DNA of 64,000 nucleotides from Ophelia neglecta (Eukaryota), in the NCBI GenBank assembly GCA_965285935.1, contig OZ260661.1, forward strand, positions 136,896,001 through 136,960,000, in the 5' to 3' direction. The notes beneath the pieces are model-generated. The model saw nothing but the letters and a program-made list of their open reading frames with translations. It had not been told where the DNA came from and did not search any database. Shown here one piece after another: positions 50,725 to 64,000 of this stretch. Positions within the stretch are counted from its first letter, which is position 1. Each line of letters starts with the position of its first letter. A program made the translations under genes and the position numbers.

Positions 50725-53700
50725 ATAGTCCATTAAATCGAAATCATCAGGAACCGGCTTCCACAACGTCACATAATGTTAAAAGACCCCTGGTGTATTA
50801 TTTTGTTATATATTAAACATAAAACATAAATTCTTACCTGGAGAAGGCTTGCGGAATAGCAACGTTTATTTGTCGGATGTTGTCTCCTGTTAATGCTATA
50901 AAAGACCGTGACTTCTTATAAAGCTAGGGGAGCGATTGTATTTTTGCTATGGGTTGATTTCAGATTTTTATGTTGAATCCGAGAATTGGTTGGACAAGAA
51001 GAAGGTCAATGTTGGATGATGGGTATTCCTTTTTTTAGGTTATTGCGGGATATGATTGCTTAGTTAATAATATTACGATGAAAACTTGATTATTAGAATA
51101 ATAATGTGTAGTCGCTGATGTCATTGTATTCCTAAAGATATTTTAGATTCGTGGAGAAGCCTTTTGTTTGAGCACCGGAGCATTTATGTACATACAATAT
51201 ATATGGGGGTGTTTTAATTTGACAGATACAGGGATGTGCTGTATATCACTAATTTCCAATTTCATCTTTCTTACAATGTTAAGTAAATGATAATAAATAA
51301 ATAAAAACATACACCTGTGTGGGAATGTATTTGTCAGTAATGATTATGTTGCTTGTATTTTAAATGTCCACTATGCGGCGACACCGTCGCACCAGTCACA
51401 TGGGTCACCCATGCCATGCCAGTTAGCTTAAAAATATTGAAAGAGTCTCACCTGGCAACCGTACATGTATCATATTTCATATTAATGATTATGTTTTCTG
51501 TTATTCTACGGAAGAATTGATATGGTAATAACTTGAATAACCTGAGAAATAACATCATTAAAACCTATGGAGAAGGTACAAGTCAGTTTTTTTTAATGTT
51601 ATCTTGGAGCCTAACTATAACGGTATATTACATGCTTTGTCTCCGAGTAACTTATACATGTATTTATAACTATTTACAGATTTTATATATTACTTAACTC
51701 TGTACAGACATCCTCATAGTCCCTGAATAAATATATGTACTCGAACACGGTCTTTTCTTTATATTTTGACCCACCATATACAACAACTCAAATACCATAC
51801 ATGGTATTACTTACAACGAAATAGTCACCAAGTTTCCCCGGGTAAAGCCCAAACGAAAACAGAGATCAAATATGCTCTTGGAGAGTATATTTAGGTCTCA
51901 TATATCCCAAACGTTAGAGACTAATGGTGAAATTGTTTCAATAAACCGATCCTTCTACCCGGCGATATGAGCGCTGTATTTCTGACACTCCAGTTTACCG
52001 GTAGCGGCTTACGAGTGTTTTTGGTGTTTGGGTATTATATGGCGAGAATACCCCAGTGCCCGAAAATAAACACAAGAAAAGAGAATGACGTTAAACTTTT
52101 TTGAATATTCTGGCGGGGAATGGTATTAAACCGCGTCGATAGTGAAGGAAAATGTAATTTAGATTAAGTAAGCAAGTCACGCTTTAATCGGGACTCACCA
52201 TGTGCATTTGCTGTATACGATTATATATCAGTACGACGCAGATAAAATTGGCCCTAGCATGAGAGGAATATATCACCAAAAGCCATTGTTACTGACAATG
52301 GGACGCAGAGGTTTCCGCTTAGTTTGGAACCACCTATCTTAGTATTGTTTTCCGCTGTATAGGACAAAACTCAGTGGCGCAACTTGATCTAGCAATCTCA
52401 TGGCCGGTCGTTACCCTTTGCAGATTAGTACTTCATTCCACTTCACATGATACACACCAATGCGACGATGTGAAATGAATTAATCTTCCGCAAGCCTAGG
52501 CTCTCCGTGGGCGAAATATGAATCACTGTATAATGTGTTGTTTAATGTCTACTTGTGTTTTAATGTCAACGCGCTGGCAAAAAGTGTCGAGTTGTCTCTA
52601 ATTATCACGAAATCTTTGACCTAGCGTTTCTTTTTACGGCTGTTTCCTGAAGATTTCCTGCCGGTTTGAAAGACTCTTCTATCTAAGATTTGCTCTGGCT
52701 GCCGGGAAGCAACTCTCATTTTTCGCAAACCAATGATTGTTAGCTTTTTTAATGAGTCGGCACAGACAAAAAAATGAGTCGTCAACGTGGCATAAAGAGG
52801 ATATATTCCATGAGATAGCCTGTTCCTGGCCGTGCCACAGCTCTACACTCTGTGTGCACTTTTTTACATTCCGTTCGCCGCAGACGAGAAGTTTACAAAC
52901 ATAGTATGACTATTTTTCTATAAAGAATAAAGTTAAATTGCATAATCGTTGCTTTGCACTTTCATGCAAACAGTTTATATAAATTGTGCAAACATTAGTT
53001 TCCAATATTGCAAGCTTTGTGTTTCCCAGTAACAAGAAAGTATTATTATTTGCGATTATTTCCTTTATGTCGGAGAGGCGACCGGAGGTGTTCACAATCC
53101 CGAATAAGATCGGCTTCAGTTCTTTCTCTTTCAGGTTTCAAATCAATCTAATATTTTTATACTTTATTCAGGTATTTTGGAATATTCGGTTGGTGTTGTA
53201 GGCTTAAAACACTTTGCAGATGTCCCCAAACGGTACTCAGAACATATTCAGTTATAAAAGTAATTTTTTATTTTTCCCTTGTTTCGACAATTTTAAACAG
53301 ACATTAATGGCAGTATTTCGAACTTTTTTCATCAAAGAAATTCCGCTGTAAATCTGGGTGACTTTTTGCACGAGCCTTGAAATTATGTTAAACACATGCT
53401 TTATGTTTTGCTTCAGTTTTTGAAATAGAATATACCCATTGTACAAAATGTATTGTTGATATCCGCCTTCCTCTCCACAAAATTATTATACTAAATATGT
53501 TACCTATGTAGAAAAAAGTGTGCTGAAAAAACCGGGAGTGCAGAATGTGTAGCAACCCATGTCGATTCTGAATTTTTACCTACTCATTTATGCCATTTTG
53601 CGCACGATGATAGTGTAATGTTTTTTACTTAATAGGATTTGATGCCTCCGTTGCAAAAGGTCCGTAGATGAGAATGTTTAACCAGAATCGAGACCCCTTC

Positions 53701-54188
53701 TCTTAAACCAGTATTTCATCAACCTGGTCAGACAGGCCCTAATACAACTGGCTGTATAGTCCCTATAGGTAGCTACGAGAACGGCAACAATAATCGAGGA
53801 TATTATTGAAGAGTCGTGTGGTGTGATCTATGCACTTTCCTTTGTTTACCTCGTTTTTTCGAACTTTTTGTTCACAAGGACTATGCGATGGCAGACGACA
53901 ACTACACTAGCGTAATAGCATTACTTATTGACATTAAACAACCCTCTAAATGAGGTCTCAGCTGCTTCCTAGGTGCTCTGACACGTGATTTATATTACAG
54001 ATTTAGAACATGTTTCATCATAATTGCCGTATTGTGTAATTGCCTTCCTTCAGACTCGACTGACAGCCTAGTGGATCAAAAGACTAGAAAAGACTTTACA
54101 GGTTATAAAATAAACCAGAAGCAGCGGATGACACTGCGATATGTTCACCCTTAGGCCATATGTCGTTTACATGCCCAGCCACTAAGCT

Positions 54189-54356
54189 TTTGATTAAAAG
54201 AGGGAGTCAATCCCAACATAAGAACAGAACACTTGACCTTTACCCTTCCTTTACCTAACCCTTAAATTAACCCTCAGCCCTCACCCTTGCCTTGCTTACT
54301 TAGTTTTGCTTCATGACATTCAGGATTACCAAAGACCTCCGCCTCCGCAGCTTTAC
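54189..54356. mobile_element. Diverged copy of the 12259-12449 MITE
   Basis: Shares TTTTGATTAAA, ACCCTTAAATTAACCC, TTTGCTTC.TG.CATTCAG and GACCTCCGCCTC. Confidence 0.5.
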
Positions 54357-54577
54357 GTCCTACCCACTAAAGTAAAAAAAAGGTATTTTATGACAAGAAC
54401 ACTGGGTTATTTTTAAAGGTATTATGTGGGTCTTATTCTCAGTGATGAATGGACATTCATGAAATACTCGCGGTGGTCTGGAGCAATGACGGTTAGGGTA
54501 AGGTTCATACGCCTTGGTCCTGGCTAGGCCTGCCCACACGACGGTACAATTATCCGCTGACACATGGATCTGCTCAT

Positions 54578-54856
54578 TGATTGATTGATTGATTTTTTTT
54601 TTATTTTGCAAATAAGTTTACACGGACGCTAGCAATAACCTCTGGGCCGTAGGTGTTAGACGCCCAACACCATCCTAATTTGTATCATTTCTGAATTGTT
54701 TTTTATCTCCCCCGGGAGTATACGTGGTGCAATCGCCTTAACGCCCAAGAACCTTATTTATTAATCCGCCAGACACCCATCGTCTCCTGGGAGGAGAGTG
54801 TGGCGGCGAGGTTAAGATCCTTGCTAACAAACAAAAATTCCGTTGCCTCGACCGAG
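54578..54856 (-). mobile_element. Degenerate SINE-like retroposon (CORE-like)
   Basis: (CAAT)n / A-rich tail on -. ACCCAT..CTCCTGGGAGGAGAG..GGTTAAGATCCTTGCT resembles the reverse complement of the CORE domain. Confidence 0.35.
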
Positions 54857-54861
54857 GGGTG

Positions 54862-56773
54862 GGGGGGGGGGGCATGCCTCGCCGTCAACTCGGCCACTGC
54901 GCCCCATGTGCAAACTTATATATTAAATCGGCCACGTCTATGTGTTTATTCGAGTACTGTGATCAGTTATAACTTCATCGTTGAGAACACATGGTATAGC
55001 TTAGGGTATAGCTTAGGGTATTTCCCATATAATATCATTCAAATGAAAACAATTGGGTGCAAGGTAATCAAAAAGAAATCGACCCACAAAAGAGTTCAAG
55101 TATCCATAGACCAGATGGCGAGTAACCCATTCACCTACATGACATGCGGTGTCCTGGTTGGTTTAACATCAATTGTGAATATGTTCCTCATAAAAAATGC
55201 TTGATTTAAATTATGTCCTAATTAAGTTAGATACAATGAAGTATTAAATTAAATATAATCAACTAAAGTGTATATTTAGAACAAATTTTAAAAACAAATA
55301 TGTGCATACGAAATGTAATGATTCATTTTCAAATCATGCTTGAATTTTACTCAACCCTTGGAGAGATGGAGGAACAGCATATTTCTCTAGTTATATATCT
55401 CATAAAGCATCGACCTTTGAGGCTTATCATTCCTTACAATATTTAATCACTCCTAGTCCAAGTTTGGCATGTTGAATATCCCATTCACAATAATGCACTA
55501 AAGGATGTTTATCATATCTCTGTATGCCCTGGGAGTTCCCAACATCTCAGAGATTTAACTTTGAGTATTAACCAAGCTTTGGTTTCCAAGAAAAAGCCTG
55601 ACTTTGTCCCAAAGACATAGAAGGAAGGAAATTTTTCAATTGTTGAATAAGACTAAAACAAAATACGTATGCTATGTGGTTAGGTTAATTTCACGTTATC
55701 ACAATTGTGAGATGTTTGCCTTTTGTACGCATCTTAATGTAAATCGACATCAACTTGCAGGATACTGACATCTATGTACTTGCCATAATTATTAACCTTT
55801 TATTATATAAAACTGTTGTAAAACTATTAATGCTTAACATAGCCTTCCAGGTGTTGTAAATTGGGCACACGAGGGCCAGTGCGACGTGGGATTAAATACC
55901 CATCAGAATCAAAGGGAGCCTTACTAAAGCAAAAGATAGCTATGGTAGTCAGTGCCTTAACAACGATGCACACACTGCAGTATGATCAGTAATCCAATCT
56001 TTCTGAAGGCTAGGCACAAAAGTTTCATACGTATAATTTAAATTATTTCATGTTACAGGTTTGCGGGCAAAGCTACCAGGATAGCTTGGGCAGTCCTCTT
56101 AGTTAATATATTATCATGTGTATCCCTTTAAGAGGAATGAAGAAACTTGTTACCTGATGACACTATTCATCAGTGTATATTCTGCAGATGACATTCGTTT
56201 ATTTTTCTATGCTAGCCTCTTCCAGATCACAAACTTCATCATACTAACTTTAAAACGTGTAGTTTTGTTTATGACTTTGTTTTCAAACAAGGGGACGGTT
56301 TTCTTTGCAAAAAAAAAGGAGTGTGGCCCAATCCGAAAATCGCAGTCCGCAAACAAAACACATATTTAATTGCTTATAGTGTATCTGGAACAGTTTTGAT
56401 ACCAATATCTTGTGTTATTTGTGAAAATGATGCCGTTACCAAACCTTTACCGAGGCCAATACTTTTAAGAAGTTTTCTGTCAACGGGCAGTGGCTCAATG
56501 ACATAGGGATATACGTTCGCTTCATAACATGCTCAAATTATTTAATATACAATGTTTATGCCCTGCCCTAGATAAGTTTTCATCAAACAAGTATAATATT
56601 GTCGGAATCAATTCAAAACAACACGTGTACTGATACCACATTATTTTATTGTTTCACACGTATGTTTTCGATGAAGTTTAAAGGTGGTTCAAAGGAAAAT
56701 GATATGCCTTAAGAGTTGATATAACGATTAAAACGTCAAGTATATGTTTAATAGTGATATGTCCTAGTAAATT
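54862..56773 (+). repeat. ~2-kb diverged duplication, copy 1
   Basis: Colinear with 61641-64000, e.g. GCATGCCTCGC..TGCGCCCCATGTGCAA, ACCAAGCTTTGGTTTCCAAGAAAAAGCCTGACTTT and TAATAGTGATATGTC.TAGTAAATT. Confidence 0.95.
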
Positions 56774-58556
56774 ATATATTTGACTTCATATTTCAAGATA
56801 ATCCAAAAAGAAATCATATCCATGTGCCCAGCAGGCAACTGGGTCAACACAGCGCAGCTGTATCTTACCTTACTCGACGTGCTCCAATTAACATCAACTA
56901 AAACTAAACTTTCAACCACCCCTTAGGAGTTAGGTTCCTAGGCTGGACGCATTAAATATCTCCCCTAATAAAGAGTGAATGTTCAGATAAAATATAACAT
57001 AGAATAGGTAAAAACCGGGTTTAATGACACGGCAGACAGAGCGAAGCCAATAATAAAGAAAAGTCCATTAAGTAATCAGGAACCAGCAACCACAGGCTGT
57101 CTGACACCAATCTATGGAGTAAGCTCTATTGTACATGTGTGGCTGCAGATGAGCTTTGTTCCATAAAGGGACATCCAATGTGTTTCATATTTCAGTGTAA
57201 TTAGCCACGTAACTGTTCGGTTTTGTATTGTTCTGTATCTACGGCGTCAATTGTGAGCCACGGCTGATAGTTCAGCAGAAGAATAGTAAAGCATAAGAGG
57301 AACGTTTTTATGTAATATTAGAATCGACCAACGATTCAGTAGTAGAGTAGTAAAGCATAAAAGGGACACTGCATGTATGATTGTTTTAAATATTTTCTAC
57401 CCGCTAAACCGCCATGTGTGTTTACGCCAGAAAAGTATGAAAAATTCCGGATGCGAATTGGCTTGAGATTTCTTAATATGACATGGGCCAATATGATTCA
57501 TTTCTGTTTAAATGGTGCAGGGATATGTCTCTGGATATCTAAGTCGCCAAAATCATGCGAAGGACCCACAAAGGAGGCTATTGGACATGAATATATATCA
57601 CAGCTGAGATACCCCGCCATGTGTTGGGGCGCTCAAATGTGAAAGCGAAAGTAGTATTGCAGCATTAGCAAGAAGTTTTATTTCGCAGTATATAGATATA
57701 TATCAATCTAAACGTTCAAGTAAAATATATTGTGCATGCAGCTTGTCTTATTTCATTGATAAAAATGGAAACCATTTGTTTTCAGATTTATACTTTTTTC
57801 TTTATCTTTTTGATAATAAAATTGTCAAATATATAAAACACATGTCCCGGCCGTGCCATTGGACACCACGTCACTCCAAAAGGCAATGATAGCCAAGAAT
57901 ACAGCCGAACCCGGCACAGTATAGGCAAAACCCGTTGAGATGACCATTTAATGAAACCCCAGGAACACAGCCAGGTAAATACACTGACTAGATGTGTCTG
58001 AAAGCATAATCCACATTGGTCTGCTGCCTGATAGCAGGACGATAACTCCATGTGTTCAGCAACTATGGTTGATGCCAAAAACCCTCTGACCACCGAAAAT
58101 TAAAGTAAGATTGGACTTATTGTTTGTGTAGGAAATACAGTCAAATGGAATGCCATTTTCCTTTCTATAGAATATAGCAAGAACAGCATCGGCCTTCCTC
58201 ATGTGGCTATTTCTGGACTGACCTTTGTTTAAGACCAGTCATTAAAATGCAGCTTGGGAAAGAACAAACGACTAAGAAAAACCATAGGTTTACTGTGTCT
58301 CTTTGAACCGACAAAATATAAAATATGGGACAAATACTGCTCACTAAGCATGATCATATAGTGGGTTTGAGTCCAACCCACCTGATTATGCAGTCAGTGT
58401 CTGAATTTCAATTTTATACTCTTGTTCATGTACCGTTTAATATAAAATGGTCTGGGTAAAACTAAACATGATGTGATTTTTTGAAGTACTTTCTTTGGAG
58501 TGCTTTTCATGACAATTAAAATAAGTGTTTTCCTATTATTTAATATACAAACTGTT

Positions 58557-58730
58557 TACTGAACTGAACTGAACTGAACTGAACTTTTATTCAACCAAAT
58601 TAATACAAATAGTAACATGCAAAAAATATGTATAATCCAACCATAATGTTACACAAAGACATTTATTAACAAAATAAGTATTTACAATCGAGTGATTAGT
58701 TTGGATGGGAAACCCCCACTAAGTATAAGC
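58557..58730 (-). mobile_element. 5'-truncated LINE 3' end with (AGTTC)5 tail
   Basis: On -: TAGTGGGGGTTTCCC..AATAAAAGTTCAGTTCAGTTCAGTTCAGTTC. Confidence 0.55.
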
Positions 58731-61640
58731 GATTGCTAAATGATCTACGTGCACCGAGTCCATTATGGTAAAACATCTATATGGTATATAATGTCCGAAC
58801 CATTTTTACACGTATAAACAAAAGATATTTCTTTATCATATTAAGAATATTCCGCAACTTCATTTTGCTTGTTTATACATACTGATGATAATGAATATGT
58901 TTGTAAAGCAGAACCTCAAGGTCAACTCCGTTCCATGACATGTGAAATAAACTGGTCTAATACAGCTCAAAAACGAGCTGAAAGCATGAATATAAGGTCA
59001 TAAACGGGCCGGGATACAAACCCGTGTTGGTGGTGCGTATATAGCCGACCGATTCTTGCATGTGCTCCCTCATATAGGACGAAAAGGGAAATTTTTCCTT
59101 GCCTCTTGTGGTTTTATGTTACTCCATTCTTATTGCCAAACTTCCATGATATGATTATTATAAGTGATATGTAGATATAAAGGTGTATATCTTTATTTGT
59201 GTATGGATCTGAATAATCCCTAGATGCAAGATATTATAAGAATAGCGAGACGAGGGTACATGTTCCAGTGTGAAAAAATTGGAAACTAAATCAAGCTAAT
59301 TTTCACGTAGAATCTATTATTGTCATTATATAAATGTTATTCAGACTAAAAGACTAAAAAAGACTATATTTGTCAAGCTTCTCCGTATCGCCAAATTGCA
59401 ACTTACCCAGCTTTGCTTGAGAGCATCTAGTCGAGCGATTGTAGCATATATATATACCCGGCACATTCTTTTGAGCATTACGTCTGCCCTGCTGGTAGGC
59501 ATTGTCTCTGGCAGCTACATAGCTGAGGGTGATGAAGCCTTTTGTCGTGGTTAGGTAGCAATATATAATCTTATTCCCTGGTTTGTTAGACCATTATTGA
59601 TTGATGTTTTGTTCATTGTTTTTACAATTGAAAAAAAATATGTCTGTGCGTCCTATGCCTAAGGATCTGGCGTCCATGTTTTCACAGCTGCCTTGATCAT
59701 ATTGAATATTGCAAAACATAAGTATGCAATATGCGTCTGCTGTAGAAAACAAAAATACTTCAAACCATCAATCATCCAAATGTGCCGCATTTGTCGCATA
59801 AACAGTGGAGGCATTGAAAATTCTGTTTAGTGAAAACAAGCAAATTTACATTTTGATCAACCACTGATGAATAATTAGGTAAACATGCTCCCAAAAAATG
59901 TTTCGCTACAAATCGTGGCAAATCAAAGAGAGGCATCATTAAAGGGCAGCCTAATTACTTAAGGAATATTCCGACAGGCATCCTAGCCACGTAATAGCTT
60001 AGATATTAAAACTGTCAAGATTCATAATCAGGCATGCACCTGTTCGAATGAGTTGTACCTAGTTACACAATCCTGACGAGGGCTAATGTATTGTACTTTG
60101 GAAGGCGTAAGGGTTTGCGATATCGTGTGATTTGAATGATTTGACAACCATTCAAGCTCTGCCTTGTATGGTTATTGACACGTTCCGTGAGAATTACTTT
60201 GCTTGCGGCACGCCCCATTGGTCGTTTACAGTGTAGTTAAGGCCGTAGCTAGCCGCCGGATTGAAAGAGAACGTGTATAAGTATGCTTTAAGTGTTCTAA
60301 TACCATTTGATTGCCATTATTAGAGTAAACGATATGAACTGTAGTGGCCATTTCGGTTTTATTGTTAGCCGATAGCAGTTATCCTGTTGGGCATCCTTCC
60401 CGTTTGTTGCAAGCCACGACATGTAATAAAGCAGCAATCTTTCTATCAAACCGTTCGTGAAATGTGTTATTTTAACAAATAGCCTTGCCGATTCCAGTTT
60501 GAATATGGCGAGCTAGTAACAGGGATTGCGGCAAATGCAAGTTTGTATTTGTGGAACATATTTCGTGCTCATTCGTTTCTAATAGGCGATGCGTCAATAG
60601 TATATATACTATTCTTAATGTAAGACTTACTGGCATTACAATTGTCATGAAAAACAACACAGTGCCGCTACAGAGGACCCACTAGTCTTCAGCGGGTGTC
60701 ATACATCGTCTGGCCAGAAGTGATCATATTACTCTGACCATCATAATCATCCACTAGCTGCTCATCTACTGGGAACGTGTTCTGCTGAATATTACACAAC
60801 CTTATTTATATACTTATTGTGACCACATGTCTTGTATGACTCCCATCATGGAAAGTTGACTCCGTCCCATTGCAAGTTATATCAAATTTATGTTTACTAA
60901 ATTTATTTGCTGTTATGGAGCTTGAAGTTGGTGTATTGATATGTGTGGGACAGTGGCTGCTTCTTGGACCGGTCTAATGGACTGTTCTTGCTCAATGATT
61001 CGGATTGTTTTGCCGGGTATGCATTCGCGTTCTTGGTGTGTATACCTTCATTTTATGGGATACACTGCCGCATACCTCAGTATTAATTAATAAGGTGCTG
61101 GTTAGCTGTATAAACATTTGTTTGTATAATAACTTTAAACTAAAGCAAATTCAAATTGGAAAAAATTGTCAATATGTAGTCACTATTTATCAGGTTGTCA
61201 TGTTATACCTCCGTTTTAATTTAACATCTATGTAATATATATGTAAGTTGTTGAGACACATTTACTGTCCACAAATATAATTCTTCACAGAAAGCGTTGT
61301 GTTGTATCATAATAAGGCTTTTTGGCCAGGCCATGCGTAAAAAAAGTTCACCAGTAATTGCGAATGGTATAATTATAGCTTTAGCAAGTTTAGTTCCTTA
61401 AACCTTTCTATTTTCACCAATACATTTACACAGTTGTGTTATCTCCTAACAGTGGTGTATTGTGATCCAGCCACCTTTCACATAATGATTAATCGCCATA
61501 CGTAAGTAATGTTTTTATAAGCTAAGTTTACAACTAAATACTGTATCATCCTGGCAGATTGAAAATATGGACTATATTGTCGTACACGTATTTATAAATT
61601 AATCCTTTAGTAAGGACAATTAATTCAAAATAGTCAATAT

Positions 61641-64000
61641 GGGGGGGGGGGGGGGGCAATCACCGGGCTGGTGCCTTGGAGCATGCCTCGCTGTTCACTC
61701 GGCAAATGCGCCCCATGTGCAAGCTTATATGTTTAATCTGATACTTCTATGTGTTAAATCGGGAACGGGGATCAATTATAATTTCATCGTGGTGAAAATC
61801 GGGTAAAGCGTCATTATACGCTAGTTTACATTGAGTTGTTGACTGATTGTCTAACCATAAAGACATGTGTACATGACTCAATAAAATAAAGAATATTCCA
61901 TTTTATAGAGCACCGTACAATTAAAAGTTAACATTTGTCACAGTACAATAAGCTTATGGCACAGGATATAGTCGAAAAATTACGGAACTTATGTCCACGA
62001 AGGTCCCATGACAAGCATCGGGTTTTTTTTGTTCTTTAAAGTCGTACTAGTAATATCCAATCACGAGTCAAATATCCCATAAGAAATTGTGCATGACTGA
62101 CTTCCTGATTGTCAGTCGAATATTCACTTTCTTCTTTACAATTTTTGAACTGATATGTTCACCACAAGAAAATATCAGACTCTGATAGTTGATTATATAA
62201 TAGGCCCTTCTAACTTATGGAGGACTTGTTTTCCTGCTGCCTCCAGCAATTTGAAACAAACTGAGGTCCGATACTAACACGCAATTAATAAGCTTTATAC
62301 CCGAAGGGGGGGGGGGAGGGGGTCTTCCACTTTTTATAAATTGTCAGGGAACTAAGGGCATTTCCGATATTATATCATTCAAATGAACACAATTGGAAGC
62401 AAGGCGAACAAAGAGAAATCGACCCAAAAGTATCGATTGAACAGATTGCGAGTAACCCATTTGTGATTTATTTTCAAATCATATTTGTATTTTAATCAAC
62501 CCTTGAAGAGATGGAGGAAAAGCATATTGCTCAAGTTATTTATTTCGTAAAGCATCGATATTTGCTGTTATTGATTCCATACAATATTTTATCACTCCAA
62601 GTCCAAGTTCGGCATGTTGCATATCCCATTCACAATGATGCACTAATGGATGTTTATCATATCACTGTATACACTGGGAGTTCCCAACATACTTATGGAT
62701 TTACCTTTGAGTATTTACCAAGCTTTGGTTTCCAAGAAAAAGCCTGACTTTTTTCCAAAGACATAGAAGGAAGGACTTTTTTCAAGTGTTGAATAGGACT
62801 AAAACAAAATACGTATGCTATGTTGTTAAGTTAATTTAACGTTATCACAATTGTGACATGTGCTAATGGTTTTGATTATACGAGAAATCCTTTTTATAAC
62901 CTCATTTACTTTGTATATTAATATTGTTTAACCTTTGTACGCATCTTAATGTAAATCGACATCGAATTGCAGGAAACTGACATCTATGTACTTGCAATAT
63001 ATTTTTTATTATATAAAACTGTTGTAAAACCATTAATACTTAACATAGCCTGTTAGATGTTGTAAATTCGGCAGACGTTGGCCAATGTGCTTTAACTAGC
63101 CATCAGCATCAAAGGGAGCCATACTAAAGCAATAAATAGCCATGGTAGTCAGTGCCATAGCAGTGTTGCGCACACTGCAGTGTGCTCAGTAATCCCTTCT
63201 ATCTAAAGGCTAGGCCGAATGTTACATAAGTATACTTGAATTATTTTATGTGACAGGTTCGCGGGCAAGGATACCATGAAAGCTTGCGCAGTAGATTTAG
63301 TCAATTTATTATCGTGTGTATCCCATTAAAGAGGAAGATGGAACTAGTTACCCGATGACACTATAAACTAGTTTATTTTCTGCATATGGCATTCGTTTAT
63401 ATTTCTATCCTAGACCACAAGGAATTATCATATTAACTTTTAAACATGATGTTATTTTATGCGTTGATTCGCAGCTGAGAACAAGGAGACAGCTTCGCTT
63501 TGTAAACATAATGAAGTATTGACCAATCCTAAAAAACGGCAGCATGCAAACAAAACACAGATATAATTGCTTATAGTATATCTGGAATAGATACATTGAA
63601 TCATTTTTGATACCATTATATTATGATACTTGTAAATATGACACCGATACTAAACCTGCACCGATGCCGATACTTTTTGCGTTTTTCTTTAAAGGGACAG
63701 TGCCTCAATGGAATAGAGATGTACGTTCGCGTCATACCATGCTCAAACTGCTTCAGAAACAATTTTATACCCTGCCCAAGATAAGTATAATATCTGCCAG
63801 TTTCCGTCAAACAAATATAAAATTGTCGAAATAGTCAATTCAAAACAACACAGATACTGATACCACAATATAATTTTGTTAAAATGTATGTTTTCGATGC
63901 AGGTAATAGTTTGTTTAAACGAAAATAATATGCCTTAAAAAGTTGCTATAACTATTAATAAGTCAAATATATTTTTAATAGTGATATGTCATAGTAAATT
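61641..64000 (+). repeat. ~2-kb diverged duplication, copy 2 (runs off the window end)
   Basis: Homologous to 54862-56773, with an extra ~540-bp block (~61810-62350) and other indels. Confidence 0.95.

Noticed and set aside
51606-51618. TAACTATAACGGT, matching part of the LSU rRNA / I-CeuI site
   Set aside because: Only 13 bp with no flanking rRNA similarity; compatible with chance.
57787-58104. Possible second TNFR-like pseudo-exon
   Set aside because: Needs several frameshifts and stop corrections to show the Cys pattern.
60630-60790. CCxxDNCN three-finger-like ending before a minus-strand donor
   Set aside because: Requires a frameshift, and upstream frames contain stops and lack the other cysteines.

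Overview
AT-rich, repeat-dense eukaryotic DNA, probably from an invertebrate. The SINE and LINE families suggest a lophotrochozoan such as a mollusc, but this is inference. No complete host gene can be supported. Two near full-length non-LTR retrotransposons dominate the window. (1) A CR1-group LINE on + (~5393-11078) has an L1-ORF1-like ORF1 and an ORF2 (APE endonuclease, RT, C-terminal Cys/His domain) preceded by a picornavirus-like 2A StopGo motif (DVESNPGP). A 23-bp perfect inverted copy of its own 3' tail is fused to its 5' end. (2) An RTEX-like LINE on - (~24514-29584) has ORF1 and ORF2 in the same frame, separated by a single TAA, with no AUG ahead of the endonuclease. Its RT carries an internal deletion. 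The rest is old CR1/L2/RTEX/Gypsy fragments, SINEs, MITEs, a 9-copy ~52-bp minisatellite, a ~2-kb diverged duplication, a 182-N gap and a few tentative exons, one of them signal-peptide-like. All clade calls rest on motif recognition by eye, not on database searches.
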